A stretch of 64,000 bases of DNA from Blasia pusilla (lineage: Eukaryota): the NCBI GenBank assembly GCA_050084515.1, contig CM114271.1, forward strand, positions 13,392,001 through 13,456,000, given 5' to 3'. A model generated the notes under the pieces. The model did not search any database, was not told the DNA's origin, and worked only from the letters and a program-made list of their open reading frames with translations. Positions 49,000-64,000 of this stretch are shown one piece after another. The translations under genes were made by a program, and so were the position numbers. Position 1 is the stretch's first letter, and the number at the start of each line of letters is the position of its first letter.

Positions 49000-51900
49000 G
49001 CATCTCTTTTGAAAATAGGAAATTGATAAAAGAGGACGGGAGATTCTCATTGAAAGTACTGCAGGGGATTCTAAGAGTTGGAAACATCAAGGCATACTCC
49101 ACCAAGGGCAGAGAAGAAAAGGGGAAACCCCTTAAAAAGTCACGATGCCAAGTGTAGAAACAATTTGCGGAAACTAAAGAAACATGAATACCAGCAAGAG
49201 GGTCTTTAGCGGCGGTGTCCCTCATAGTATGATTCCATAGTAGAAATTGGTCAGTTTGGACACGTTGCAAAGAAATAGGTGCACATTGTTTACAATACAA
49301 CTCTGTAGTAATTGAAGATGACCCGCTCCGAGTGTAGAAGATAGGCAAATTCAGAATGGAAAGGGTCAAACCTCTTGTCTATCTCCATATATCTCAATGG
49401 TTAAAAGTGATGTCTTCCACGAAGATGTTACTTGTACCAAGCTTCCTTGTTTGACTATGAATGTCACTACTAAACCTCATGTAGGATGTGTAATTTACAA
49501 ATATTTCAAGATTGTGGCCTACAAAGGTTTGTACAAATAAGGAAAGCTTGCATGCAGTAGTCTAGTTATCCGGTTTCTCCTTGCACAAGGAAGTTAATCT
49601 TGCAAGCAGAACAAGACATGATATATCACATATTGTAGGTGGTTATCCTCTCACCCCAATTGGACCATATGGATGATGCACACCAAGTGGATCTAGGCTC
49701 CCATGACACCCATAATATGTTGAACCAACCATATATGGTAAGAGACACAATCACATCATTATGATGAAGGTAAGTGCCAATATTTGGAACGTCGAAAGAA
49801 GAGGGCAAGCAACCATTGGTGAGCAACCATCCTTTCCAAGAGTAGGAGTGAATGCATGCCTCCATGAGAATACCCGTGTATAACATAATATTTATAAAAC
49901 CAGTTACAAGGTGGGCATCCATTGAAAGTAGGGAGAATTTCCCTAGCCATATCCAAAAGGGAATTTCTTCGTAATCTGAGAGAGTACTTTAGGGAAAAGG
50001 AGCCCTCATCTACTTGAGACATATACTATAGTAGAATGGGTCCATTTCCAACAAAGAATATAGAGCAAAGAAGGGATATTCTTAAAACTTTTAGAAAATG
50101 ATGAAGAGGTGGCTAAATCTTTGGAGAGAAGACCTACACTGCCAACGAAAATTGGCCAAGAGGATTGTGGGGGGGCTAGTGGACCAATGGGACAGTCAAA
50201 GTGCAAAGCCCAACAAACATGGTTGCACAAAAACAGAAAAGTCCTCCTTAGGACGGACAAGTCTAGACCTGGGTTTCTAGAGGTGGGACCCACACTTTAT
50301 AAGCCATGATGGAAGACAAGGCAGGGATGAGTGGAGCAATGAAGGAAGAGGGAGTGGAGGTGGAGGGAGGAAGAAACCGGAGAGTATGGAACACGAAGGC
50401 AAGCAAGGGGAATGAGAAAGAAGGGAAAGGTGGGGCCCTTACGGACAAGTCCTTCCATAGGACGGACGTAAGTCCATGGACATGGATTTTCTCCATTTGC
50501 AACCTTGCCAACAAAATATTCCACACTTGTAGGATCCTTCTATCAAAAGATCTAAGGAAAATATGGAGATGGTTGAACATCCACATACTCCTAATGAGAT
50601 GAAATTTGCATCTAGCATAATAAGAGAAGAGGATGTCGGAAGAAACTTGAGGATTACCAACCTTGGCAAGATCATCAACATGAGCAGATCCTCTATAAGT
50701 GTCACTGCAATGACGGTCGAAACAAAGTCATCACTCCAAAGCAAAGCGAAACTCCTAGGATGAACATATCTTCATTTGCTGACATAAATCCATCAAGTAA
50801 ATGGAATTCATAACACATGGAGACTATGCCTTACACTTTCCCACCTTCACGATGAGGCCCACTTATGCGAAAAAAATACAATTAGGAAAGGTCTCCACGA
50901 GAGAGAGAACTGCTTGGTAACAAGCCAAGGCAAAGAGAATACTGCTAAGGGAATCTCCTTGACTAGAACTAGTGGTGAGCAATAAAACCATGACCTCCTC
51001 CTCACCAACCATGGTAGAAATATAGGGAAAAAGAGGCCCCATATGTGGGAGCCCCGCACAAAGGGAATTAGGCTCGCAATGGATCCTCATACATCCTTCA
51101 TCTTCAAGAAGATAGATGCACAAGACATTGAGTTGAAGGCATTCTCAATACCTAATTGTTAAATATCCACTCTAGATGGTTATTAAGAGAAGTCTTCGAA
51201 CCAAATGAGACAGTCTTAAAAATAAGTTGGGATGGCCACACCAAATTGATGTAGACATATGTACTTCTCAAGGTTTGTTATCTTGGAAGGCCTCGTAATG
51301 TTGCAAACTCTTGTTTATTGCAACGCACCAACCTCAAAAGAACCTCACCAATAGCGATCAAACCTATTGCTCCACCCTCTAACAATGCCAAGAATTACCC
51401 TACCTCCAACACATGGGCCACTACTATTGGAAGTCTTCCCTAGGCTAGATGAGAGGCAATATGGAGCAACTTAGAGAAACCACTAGCAAGATTCTTTAGG
51501 GGGAAGCAATCCCAAAAAATTTCGCACACCAGACACACCAAACCTTGAGAAGAAAATTTTAGAGATCATTCTATTGCTCGTGCAAAGAGTCTTAAATCTA
51601 GGTTAAAAATACGTCAAGATGAAAGTCACACACGAAAGCTGGAATATCAACCACTAGGCAAGGGTGTAGCCTCTTAAGGGTCTTGATGGTATCAACTGTT
51701 GGAGGTACAATAACCAAAAGGCAAAGAGTGCACACTACTTGTGAGTAGCATGCGCTCACAAGTATATCTACAATGCCATACATACATCCTAATGTTCTAC
51801 AACCTAGTTTCTAAAAGATTATCGAGTGAAAAACAAAGTGAAGTGCCACCTCTTATGCAAGCCACAAAGCCAATCTGCAAAGATTCCCAATCAACTCCAC

Positions 51901-52100
51901 ATAATCGCCTAAATTGGTCTGAAACATCCCTAAGGCTGGCCTTCCCACCCTTAGTATAGCAAAGACACCAACATGGAAGAAGAAGTAGTAAATACGAAGA
52001 GACCTCATCCATAGGGTGAATTGCTATCCTATCTAGGGAGAGAACGAAAGCATGGCAATGTAAAGGTCATCTCAAATAACATTGGGGGATTGTGTGGAAT
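49000..52100 (-). pseudogene. Heavily decayed LINE (L1 ORF1-like) relics
   Basis: Stop-riddled minus-strand translation shows a weak ORF1-like pattern (LP...L.AIG..L....R..V.INL..P at ~51230-51450). No RT motif seen. Confidence 0.3.
50220..50500. repeat. Dispersed repeat with a second diverged copy at ~55220-55505
   Basis: Shared CATGGTTGCACAAAAA, GAGGTGGGACCCACACTT, GAGGGAGTGGAGGTGGAGGGAGGAAGAAA and AAGTCCTTCCA in the same order. Confidence 0.8.
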
Positions 52101-52349
52101 GACCTTAAGTAGAGGAAGACGTGTCTCGAAGAGACATGAGGTTATTATGATGGACCCATGATAGCATCCAGATAATGCTGTGAAAAGTCTAAAGAGCATA
52201 TATCCATGGTGGACTAAAAGAATCACCCATCCAAATCTATTAAATCTAGGATGATTAGCCGCTAAGTTATTCCACACTTTGGAGCGAGTGAAGAAGTTGA
52301 AACAACAATGACATTTGGTATCCCAAGTAGATGCAAGTTTTTTTCTTTC

Positions 52350-52935
52350 ATACATCTTATAACAAAGGTTTGGAATAACCTTTTGATTTGTGGGCTTTCG
52401 ATGAAAAATCCATTTCACTAAAACTTTGCAAGGAGGTTTTCAACACTCTTATGAACTAGTCTACACAATTTTAGGTCAAGACCACATGCTTGGAAAAGAT
52501 GAAAAATATGCAAGTCCTTTTCCCTTAATAAATCTTCTTGCAAAGGTCTGGAATGACATTTTCATTTTTGGGCTTTGTATGGAACTTGCATTTGACTTTA
52601 AATTTTTCATGTGATTTTAACTACTTTTATGAACAAGTACAACAAAAATTAGATCAAGAAAATATACCCGCAAAGGATGAAAAATATGCAAGTCCATTTT
52701 CCATGGTACATTTTCTTGCAAGGGTTTGGAATGACCTTTCCATTTTTGGGCTTTTGATGAAAATTACATTTGCCTTGAAACTCTGCAACATGCTTTAAAA
52801 AATATTTCAAACACTATTATGAACATGTCTAAAAAGTTTCAATTCAAGACCGTATTCCCGATAAGGATAAAACAAAATTTAAGTTATTTTTCCTAAATAA
52901 ATCTTATTGCAAGGGTCAAGAATGACCTTTCTATG
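52350..52935. repeat. Diverged tandem repeat, ~175-190 bp unit, about 3.3 copies
   Basis: The AAGG..TGGAATGAC motif recurs at ~52365, 52542, 52720 and 52911. GATGAAAAATATGCAAGTCC occurs at ~52498 and ~52676. Confidence 0.7.
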
Positions 52936-55900
52936 ATGGATCAAGGATGCAACTCGCCTCAAGAGAGATGTCACCCCCTCCAATCCACCATACCCACGAC
53001 TCCACAAGATAGCCCATACCTGAATCTTCCATAACTTATTCTTCAAACTAGAAACCTTAGTAATCCACTCGCCTCCCGTCCACATTAAGAGTCACATATC
53101 ACCTAATTCGCAACTTAGAAACTCACAAACCCAAATCTAAACCCCTTCACAAATACTTGTATGCACATAGGAAAAATAAGGGATGCCGGGACTCTATGTG
53201 GGAAAGAAAGAACCAAGTGTGTAGTTACAAAAGTCTACTTTAAAGAGAAAGAGCGCTAAACAATGTTTTGGGATACTTATATGGAATTTTAAAAAAAAGG
53301 AAGTTTAAGGCATACAATGAGACACGTCTTATATCCATTTACCAAGCAATAATGATTAGAAGAGATTGAAGATAACGTGAAGTAGACGAAAGGAGAAGAA
53401 ATTTGAATGCAAATCACTCTAGTGAAACACGAAACCCTAATATGACTAAAACTCAAGTAACACAAAATTAAAACAATTTTACTTAACCATATGGATCAAG
53501 GCAAGGACTCAGGGAAAAAAATAACGAGCATCCTTAGATTATCATTTGGACATCTCACACCAATTATGTCTTCCTCATGCACCAATTTTGTCTACACAAT
53601 GTCGTATATTACAAGAAAGACAACAAATTTCGTTTTAGCACGTGATGAGAAACATCGAATCCGACCATTCTGGTCATTTGGCCGAGAATCAGGAACTAGT
53701 TTGAAAATGTGCTAAAGCAAAAACTTAAGTGTTTTTACCCCTTAAAAAATCTTGTTTTAAATCTAAATTTTTGAAATAAGGAAATCAGCAAGAAAACTCC
53801 CTTTTAAATCAACCCTTTTTTTTAAAAACACAAAATCGCACTTGATACCCCAAATTTTCCTTCACAATGATATTTTTTAGAACATAAGAATTTGGAAAAA
53901 ACTCAAAAATTATAAAATTTTAGGCATCCTACAACTGATCACTTCTACGTATGAACATCTCAAAAAGTGCCTATCCAAAACAATAGAAATTGGTGAGGTA
54001 AGCACAGTTATTTAACCTAACTTTTTGTGGCGATGAAAACATTTGAATTTGGTCCTACCTCTGATCATTCTAATGCTTCATACCAAAGTACGAGTTGAAA
54101 CTAGGAATTTCTTATAATTTGGAATAATTGAAACTATTTTGCTAACCTAAGTCAAATTATATAACCATAATAGCTTATCCAATTGCAATAAACCATAATC
54201 AATCAATAAACTCTGAACCACAATTGCTATTTGGATTTCACATCCAAATATCAACACCATAGTTGATAAATACATGGTACCAAATAAACAAGGTAGATCA
54301 TATTGTCTGGACATTTTAGGATCGTTCAATACAAAATTCCATTGGGAATGCGAAAATATGCCCAAAAGCATATGGTAAGCGGTGACATGGCTTGAAGCCC
54401 AAAAATCTTTAGATTGAAGCTAGAAAGAGAGCGGTCATGAAACACTTGTAAACTTTTGGGCCATGAAAAAATCTGATTGTAGATGGAAAGTGATTGGTCA
54501 TAAGATACTTCTAAACTTTCCGATCTAGAAAAACTCCGATTATAGACAAAAATTCATCGATCTTAGGACACTTAACAACTTTATTACGGTTAGTAATTGA
54601 TATTGTAGACGTAAGGTGATATATCCTAGGAAATAAAGTTTCAAATTAATAACTTAGACATAAGCGTGTTTTATAAGATAATCAAGAAATGCATAGGGCC
54701 TACTCATAAATTCTAGGAAAAATATGGACAATAATAGCCAACCAAGTGTACCACAATTCATTTGTGCCTTTAAATACTTGGCTCTATTTATCATTTACCA
54801 AGTATTGTGATTCCGTGTGGAGAATAGAAAGGATCCAATCTTCAAATTATAAAGTATCATATAGAGATTTCTACTATTTCTTTGAGTGGTTCGTCAAGGT
54901 CTAAATGTAGCTCTTATAGTTCTTTGGATCATCCAAAAAATTTACTATCCAACCAAGTTTTAATATTTTCTTATGTAGTACAAATAGATCCTCATATATA
55001 AGCTTATTTTTTACATCTCCGAAAAATCCATTTAAACTACGGGTACTTCATTTCAATAGTGGAGAGAAATTTGGAGGGAGGTGTGATCATTCGTAGGTAC
55101 CACACAGTTGTCCATCCCAAATGTCCTCTGATCGATCACTCTTGGGAGTTTGTCAAGAAAGAGTTCTAGAGGAGGGTCTCGTCTTGGCCAGAACCTCCTA
55201 CGATTGATCACTCTTGGGAGCATGGTTGCACAAAAATAGACTTGGACGGAGAAATCTCAATATATCCAAGGACATGGATTGCAAGAGGTGGGACCCACAC
55301 TTATAGCTTATGATGGAAGGTAGGGCAAGGGCAAGTGGGATAATAAGGGGAGAGGGAGTGGAGGTGGAGGGAGGAAGAAAGGGAAAAGTATAGAACATAA
55401 AGGCAAGTGGAGGGAATGAGAAAGAAAGGGAAGATGGGGTCCATATGGATAAGTCCTTCCACACCACGGATGTGTCCGCGAACACCAACTTTGTCCACAT
55501 GCAACCTTGCTCGGGAGTTGTATCAAGAAAGAATTTTGAAGGAGGCACACACGTCTTGGCTCGGAGCTCCTTAAAAATATCAATTTTAGGTTTAGCTTGA
55601 CTTTCCATCACTTTCGTCTTGTGCAAAGGAGAGTAAAAAATCCTACGACTGATCACTTTTGAGATCATGTGTGGCAAAAATAGGTAAAAGGGAAGCAAAT
55701 AAATGACTCAAGGATAAACGCTTTATCATAAATTTTCCGCAAGAAGCTCTGAAACCTTCTCTTTATAGGATAAGTAGTCTCCATTTGGTTTATTGCCCCA
55801 AATTTGAAACAACTAGTATGTTCTAAACTATGATCGATTCAATTGTTTCAACTTCTACAAAATCAATCAGTGAAGGAGGGAGAAATTCTAGGCACGAGAT

Positions 55901-56639
55901 CAAAGGATAAATTGAAAGTACTAATTCTAGCCAAGGTTGTCCAAAGATGCTATCGAGAAAGTAGCCTATATTTTTTAGATTGGCAATGAATTTTTTATCC
56001 CTAGTTGGCTAAGGAAAAAAATTGTATAACCTCCTCCATCTCTGCATTAGGCTTTGGTTACCAAGATATTAGATAGTTTATTGCGTAGAAACCCAACTAT
56101 ATGTGAGAACATTGTTGATGATGCCAAAAATATACACTGTTCCACAAATTTAAAAATATGGAGTCTTCAAAGATAGTGAGAAGAAAATTTAGAACACCTT
56201 CTTAGTATTGTGAAACAACAAATGATTTTGATAGTGGCAAGAGTTAATTTTGATAGTGGCAAGAGATTCCCAATCGTAGAACAATAGTTTGAGGGGAATG
56301 ATCTAGTTTTTTATGTAGATATTCCAAAAGATAGCGGGATAACTAAACTTCATTGAGAGAAATCAAAGAAGATTTTGAAACGACGAATAAACTCTTGAGT
56401 GATTTCATATATTTCTAAAAGTCAATGTTGTTGGAAGATGTGTCTCTCTGACAAAAAGTAAAATAGTTAAGGTAAGACTTCTAAAGAGTTGCATCTCCTG
56501 GTCAGTGGAAGGAAAATCTCTCTTTGCTTACATGATGAGTAGTCTAGCTATATGGAGATGTAGTTTTAAGACATTATTTTCTTGTGAAAGTAACTGAATT
56601 CAGCATATCAAACCACTTCATTGTTTGATATGTTTATGA

Positions 56640-58200
56640 TAAATATAAATCCTTGGATTAATCTTGATACCACAAAGCACCATGATATTCTTTATTACTC
56701 GTATTGGAATGGTGTTCTACATTCTTTTAAAGACATCTCGAATAGCTTCCTAACAACGATTTCTTTCATTTTTCAAAAAAATATACAAAGAAAAGGTATA
56801 AATATCACACACTAATGGTATTCTAGTGTATTCCTCTTTTGTGAGATTATGGAGGAAAGAGTTCACTTTTGTCAAAATTTCAAAGAGGAATTGTATGTCA
56901 ATATGTTCAACATGTATTAAGTTCAAGCCGTTGCGGAATAAGGCAAAATCACATTTTGAAAGAGATATGTTTTGGCCCTTCTTACTCAACGCTTTCAATC
57001 ATAATATCAAAGTACATTAAAGAATGGAATTTTCCTATCATGGATCATTTTTGACCTACAACATGGAGGGACAAATAGTCGTTGGAAATAAACCTTAAAA
57101 ATCCTATGTGAACATAAATTTTTCAGAATACATGAGTTGATGTCATCAAGTGATTGGTCATAAGACACATTTATGAAGAAGAGTCCTACAATCAACCACT
57201 CTAAGTAATGAGCTTAAAGAATTAAAACTAAATATGATCGGTCGTATGATACTTTTTTTAGGATAGTGCTACAACCACCAATTTTCAGTTATAATAGTGA
57301 TGTGAACAAAGTTGGGAAGAAGAGCCCTACGACCAATCACTCTAAGTTATGAGCTAGAGATCAAAAGTGATCAATTTTACTGCACTTTATTTGAAGATCA
57401 AAACTATTTGATGGTCCAAAAAAATCAGAATTTGATTATTGTAGAGATAATTACGCATTGGCAATAACTACATACCAAATTAACAAGTTAAAGAGAGGGA
57501 AAGACTTGCTAATCATCATAAGAAATATTTCACTTTACCAAAAAAAAGATGTTGGAGTGGTTCTCGATGCGGGATGGCCATGGTTTGGAAGAAAACATAA
57601 TTGCCTCATTTCATCCCCATGTCAAAAAATATGGACAAGTATTTCATATCCATTTATATGGTGGGTTGCCTTCTATTCAAAAAAAGGTTATTGTCTAGGA
57701 TTTTATTGAATCACCCCAACATTCATAATGATACAAATTTTCCCGTGACAGTCCTACACAATATTATCAAAGAAAGGGAAGACAATCTTCCTCTCATCCT
57801 CTAATTACAGCTTGAAAATACTACACAAGAAAATTAAAATTAAAATTTACTTGCTTGTCTTAATATGTTAGTGGATAAAGAAGTATTCCGTAAAGTGAAA
57901 GTTCGGTTTCTCATGGTTGGACATACTCATGATCAGATTGAGCACATGTTCAATTGCTTCTCTTGACATCTTTGGCACAAGAATGCCTATTGTTTGAATT
58001 CATTAGAGAAGATCAATGAATGTTCTTATTTCCCTATACCTCTTATCACTTTTGTGAAAGATTGTCCAGCTTCTCCAATCAAAGACCTACAAGACTTAAC
58101 TTTCGAAAGGTAATTTTGAATCAAAAAAGGTTGAAGATGGTGCAACATTGATATGGGGGAAGCAACTTTTCTATAGTGTAATCTTGGGAAGAAGGCCTTC
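56640..58200 (+). pseudogene. Decayed DDE transposase relic (Sola-like / DUF7869-type motifs)
   Basis: SSFVRLWRKEF..VKISK..MSICSTC (56830-), PHF..MSK (57605-), LPLIL*LQLENTTQEN*N..L..LV..EVFRKVKVRFLMVGHTHDQIEHMF (57787-57951). Family assignment is from motif recall only. Confidence 0.6.
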
Positions 58201-58538
58201 CTTTTTTTTATCACAGGAACAATGTGGCCATCAAGACAAATTCCTTTGAAAGGTTTGAAGGAGGGGAAAGATAAATAGGATTTCTCAAAGTATTATGGAG
58301 AAAATTTAGAGAAATATACACAAAAATTGAAGTTGGGAAGGTCTATTATGATGATCTTTAAAAAGAAGGGTGGGGAAAGTTTTTTTCAGCATGAGCAAGA
58401 GATCTTGAGTGATTATCTGCAACTAAGTGGTAAATGGTAAATAGATCAAGCATGTGGGACCCAAAGGGTCAAAAGGCTGAAAAACATATTACAAGTCATT
58501 CATTCACCGACCCAGAAAAGGATCCTAAAGACCTTCTC

Positions 58539-59130
58539 CTAGCTACTGCCTAGAGCACTTGAGCGATGAATAATGACGTCCCTAATATAACAACCTAAAT
58601 CATAAGGCACTAGCTGTAGTAAACAATAGAAATTCTCCACATCTATTTTATGAGCTAGTCTAATCTCTTCATACCTTGGACATGTAACAAACACATGCTC
58701 TTCATCCTCAATATTTTCTCCGTCATATAACCTACAAATCCGTTCACTTCTATCAATATTAAAACATCGTCCTTCCTCAATTCCTAGCCTATGAGACCCA
58801 ATTCTATGTCGTGCGATAACATGACGTAAGGACGTGGAGATCCCCGCAAGTAGGTATCCTTGTTCAAAATATACAAGCATAGGATTAACATGAAGTTGAT
58901 AAACTCCATTTTTTTGCCCGGGTTGCTCCAAATAATGGTGAGAAATTTCTTCTGTAGATGCTTGCGGAGTGCCATCGGTTTCAAGTCCCAATCGCGTTCC
59001 GCCACATTCCACTTTGAAAACCAAGTCACCACATCCGCCATCCACCCTATAGTACGTATGGCTCGCAAAGCTTGATGAGGCAGGCAAGAAACATCAAGAG
59101 ATCTCACCCTTACGATATAAATGATGGTCA
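58539..59130 (-). mobile_element. 3' end of a 5'-truncated non-LTR retrotransposon (RTE/RTEX-like ORF2 C-terminus)
   Basis: IARHRIGSHRLGIEEGR..RSERICRL....EDEEHVFVTCPRYEEIR, a typical post-RT zinc-binding region. Confidence 0.7.
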
Positions 59131-60069
59131 AGTAAAGAGTTTCAGCCTCTAGAGGAAGACAACCTATTTCTTGAGCCTAAGAACTTGGTGGGAATCTTGG
59201 GAATGGCACCCAAATTCCATTATGTCCATTAGAGTATCCTGATCCACAACATGGCAAGCCCAACAATGTTGGATGATGAGATATTGGAAAGAGTTGTGGG
59301 ACCTTTTCAGTTGATAAACACTATAGTAATACTGGTCCTTAAAGAAAAAAAGTTGACCATTTGGTCTAAGGAAGAATCTGTGATGATTGTAGTGGTAGAT
59401 ATAGAGGATCTTGTAGGGAGAGTATTTTGGTTGGTGAAAGTAGATAAGCTTTTTTTCCAAGGTGAATGGAGTCCTAAAGAATATTTCCATAGCATCGTTC
59501 AATGTGAGAAGGAATCCAATGATAAGTTCTTATTTTCTAGAATTCATGAGTAGATCTTCTAGGAAGGAAAAAAGGGATAAGTTGGATGTAAGAGAGATAA
59601 ATGTTTTTGTGTATAATTTTCTCCCAAATGCAAACAACACCATGAAAAGAAATCGTGGACTTGATTAGAGCATATTTAGAGACATGGAAAGCACTAACTA
59701 GCTATATAAAATTTTGTAATCCAAGAGAAAGAATAAAAGTGTTCATATTTTTTCCTACAAATGATCAAATTTGGATTTAAGGTGGGTGGGTTTAAGCATT
59801 GTTAGGTATTTTGTCATACAATGGATCAATTCTATACGATGATTGTATATCTTTTCTCCTATGACCAATCACAAATTTTGTCCTTTGATCGATTCGATTT
59901 GTTGCATGCATTTTGTCCTTCAACTGATCAGTTTATCACATGAGGAGCAAAAACAAGTACAATTGCAAGAGATAAGACACTATAAATACAAGAGATATGA
60001 CAAGTTGGAAAATTTTCATATTCATTTTATGAGTAGAATATTCACAAATCCAACCTAACATTATGTCCA

Positions 60070-60860
60070 TATCACGTTCTTCTTCTTTGTCAAGTGTTTT
60101 TATACTGGAATGATAAGTTCCTATGCAATTTTTTGGTAGAGATTAGACGCAAAGTCTAGTAGGTCATAGATGACCTGCTAGGGAGTAGGGTAACCTACGA
60201 TAATAGGTTTTTATTTTGTGTAGATCCATTTAGAGGTCATATAAGGAGTTTACTATTCCAAGTAAGTTCCCCAATTATGTGAGCTTTGACTTTCTATTTA
60301 CGGAAGGTGGCTCTTGACTACTATTGTAGGTTTAGGGTCAATTGGTGACTTTGTTCACAAGTCACTAAGGGGAGGGAGGACTTTGAGGAAGATTTTGGTG
60401 CAGAAGTCACCAAAGGGAAAGACTTTGAGGAAGTCTTGGAAGAGGACCAAAGGGAGGACTTTGGGAAAGACTTTGAGGAGGACCGATGGGAGGACTTAGG
60501 GAGAGGGCGTATATCTCAAGGAGAGTGAGTTTGGAGAGCTGATTCTTTCCTTGTTAAACCTCTTTAGAATGAGGCGGCAGAGCTATGGTGCTCCCTGGCT
60601 TGTGAGTAACCCCATCCTCTCACCATGAGAGTGGGTTGGTTTGACAAGAGAGAAAGAGTGAGTGTGAATGCAAACCATAGAGCTCTTTGTATGTTGTGTG
60701 AGATTTTTATCTATTTTACTAGGAGAGAATGAGTGAGGTCCATAATACGACGATTCTGAAGAGAGAGTTATTGGTGTATTAGATGGTTTGCAAAATTGCA
60801 AGTTAGGGACCGTATTCATGGCTCAAGAGCTTGTGAGGGTGTTTTCAAGAGCACCATATT
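60070..60860 (+). repeat. Diverged A repeat plus leader of the DNMT-Gypsy family (subfamily of 40799-41343)
   Basis: Shares GGTAACCT, TGAGGCGGC.GAGCTATGGT, GTAACCC and GTGGGTT.GTTTGACA with 40799-41343. Downstream sequence resembles 63840-63960. Confidence 0.6.
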
Positions 60861-63203
60861 GCTGGTCATAGTTTGTATGGGAGAAATGAGCATGGAAGTG
60901 CTACCGATTTTTGGATGAATCTAGGGATGCGGGATAATCAATACCCTCGCCAGTAAGAGATTGAAGTTCCAAGTTGAAATTTCCGAGCACCTCAGATCGT
61001 GGTCCAAAGGGTTATGTTCGCTATCTTCTAAAAAACATTTTCTTTCAATATGATCAATTGAGTCATCTGACCCTTCCCGTCATTGATTTCCACGTACCGA
61101 TCAATTGTGCGTTGGTCACCCAACAATGCTAGGTGATTTTTTTATTGATGGGTTTGAGTTCTCATTATTACACTATGATGCTTAGAGATTAATAACCACT
61201 CGATGTGGATGAAGTACCGTGCCTTGACTTTATAGCCGCAACGCGCCACAAATTTCCGTACGCGCGTAGTGCTAATTAAGGCCACATTGCATCATCTCGA
61301 TCATGAAGCCATATCACGTCGTCAAGTGCTATGTCATTAAAATTGTAGTCGTACCATGCTGCCATAGTCGCACTACATCATTGAAGAGAATTAAATTGCC
61401 TCAGTATCAAGGAGGACGACTAATCAACATTGAAGGAGTTTGATCTTATGTAATGCCCACTATTTTGAAAATTTTATAGTTAGAAAAATTTTGTACAGAG
61501 ATGAGTTGAAGTCTTCATGAATGAAGATTGAAGAAAAAAGATTTTTGAAGATTATATATAAGTAAAGGAAGGAAGTTCTTTGTCAAGATTTTGAGCATGG
61601 AAGTAATTGAAGAGTTAACGTATTGAAGAGAAGCTCCATTGAGAAGACAAGGAGATTGGAAGATCAAGGACTTGACGTGGAGGAGTAGAAAATTTTGAAG
61701 TGTATGTTGAGCAAGAACTGACAAGCAGAAGAAATCACGAAGGCAATTTGGTTTTCATAATGAAGACCTATCAAGGCAAAATTGTTAACGAAGATTGTGA
61801 AAGAAAGGAAGACTAAGGAAAAGCCAGTGATTCATAACGGAAGAAAGAAGAAATTAAACGAAGACGAAGAATTCAAACTTCAAGAAGAAGAAGATAACGA
61901 AAAGAAGTTAGGAAGTCTCAGCTATTGTCTTTGTAAATATGAGCAAGGAGGTTTGGAAGAAGACAAAGAAAGAAAGTCTTTGTAACAAAGAACCCGTGTA
62001 GTCTTTGCGAAGACTGGAACATCTTGGTGGAGTAGAGAAGACTAAAATATCTTTGTGAAGAAGAGAAGATTGTCAGCAGTTCCAAGAGGCACACCGTTAG
62101 AGTAGTTAGGTTGGGAAGAGTTATGACGTTTCAGGAGAATTAGGAAAGGCACGACAGTTACTTTCAGTTGATTTCTTGGGATCATATGTAAAACACACTA
62201 AATCATAGATTAGGAAGTTAGGGAGATCTAAAAAGATCTTTAGAGAGAAAGAAGCGCTTCACATCTCAAGAATATCTTGAGCTTGAACAAGTATTTAAAG
62301 GTCCCTCATGTCTTTGATGGAAAAAATGCCTTCCCTTTCTTTATTTTGATGTGCGAATGTATGCATAATCTTATTGGGTCTGCAGAGAGAAGAAAGGTTT
62401 GGTCTTGAATTCGATAGAGAAAGAATAAAAAATCACACAGATGTATGAAATTTGTTATACAGAAAAGTAACCCGCGCGGACACATTGAATTTTGATAGTA
62501 AAATGAGCCATTGATTAACTATGTTCTCCTTGAGGTTCTTTGTTGTTTAATCGAGACTCAAATCATGAAATCATGAGATCCACTCAAGAAGATACTCTAA
62601 GGGAAACAAAAAGATTTGGTATTGAGTGAAGTTGTTCTTGTTCTTTGTTTGATGCAAGGCCGAGGAAGTTCTTGAATTCCTCCCATTCATGAAAAACCTA
62701 CCTCTCTTTTCAGGAAATTGTGATCTTCTTGGGGAAAAGACTATGTACTATTTGATCAAAAGATTGCAATTTCCATTCTCTTATATATTACATCCTTTGA
62801 CCAAGTTGGGATCAAGTTATAGTTGCCAAGGAGCGACATCAACGTTGTTTTAGGTTATCCATCTTACAGACTAGATTGTCTTGGACTATTGAGGGATTTT
62901 GGGTGTTAGATGTTTGTTGAAGAGTTTGGTTTGAGGGGATGTTGTGAGCATCATTGATGTATAAGAGTAGGGGGCATAGACTTGTATGGGATATTCATAG
63001 TGAGAATTATTCCCTATGCTGACTAGGGGATAGGTCAACATAGATTATTGTTGCACCACACTACTTGTTGTTGTGTCATGCAAATCCCATAGTGAGGGAG
63101 TGTAGGTTTGAGTGATATAAGCTTATAGTTTCAAGTGGCTAAGAGTTTAGTCATAAGGGTAATAGTGACTATGTGAGAGATGCACAAGTTTCACCACAAC
63201 GTC

Positions 63204-64000
<797 letters not shown>

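Noticed and set aside
61449-62868. Solo LTR (TGTAA...TTACA, purine-rich)
   Set aside because: The terminal inverted 5-mer is suggestive, but flanks TCTTA and GACTA do not form a TSD and there is no second copy in the window.

Overview
Eukaryotic DNA from a land plant (probably a bryophyte; this is inference). Bases ~1-41.4 kb are a nest of retrotransposons whose layers can mostly be resolved by target-site duplications (TSDs). An old Ty3/Gypsy-type element (A) is interrupted by a sister element (B, 4993-17621) and by a Ty1/Copia element (E, 18338-40435). E's 5' LTR holds a chromovirus solo LTR and a third sister element (C, 19641-35208, minus strand), and C holds a full chromovirus (D, 24807-32191). 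B also carries a captured MULE-transposase fragment. A, B and C form an unusual family. Pol carries a DNMT3-like C5 cytosine methyltransferase between protease and RT, and a PHD finger after the integrase. Instead of two LTRs, the elements have split direct repeats (A1-internal-PPT-B1-A2-B2), with a CA|NN|TG head-to-tail junction (palindromic in B), 4-bp TSDs and no tRNA PBS. Split repeats are known from tyrosine-recombinase retroelements; here they accompany a DDE integrase. All copies are decayed. The rest of the window holds an intact 9-exon MAK16 gene (44738-47759), decayed LINE and DNA-transposase relics, and more 5' ends of the same family. All alignments were done by eye; no searches were run.
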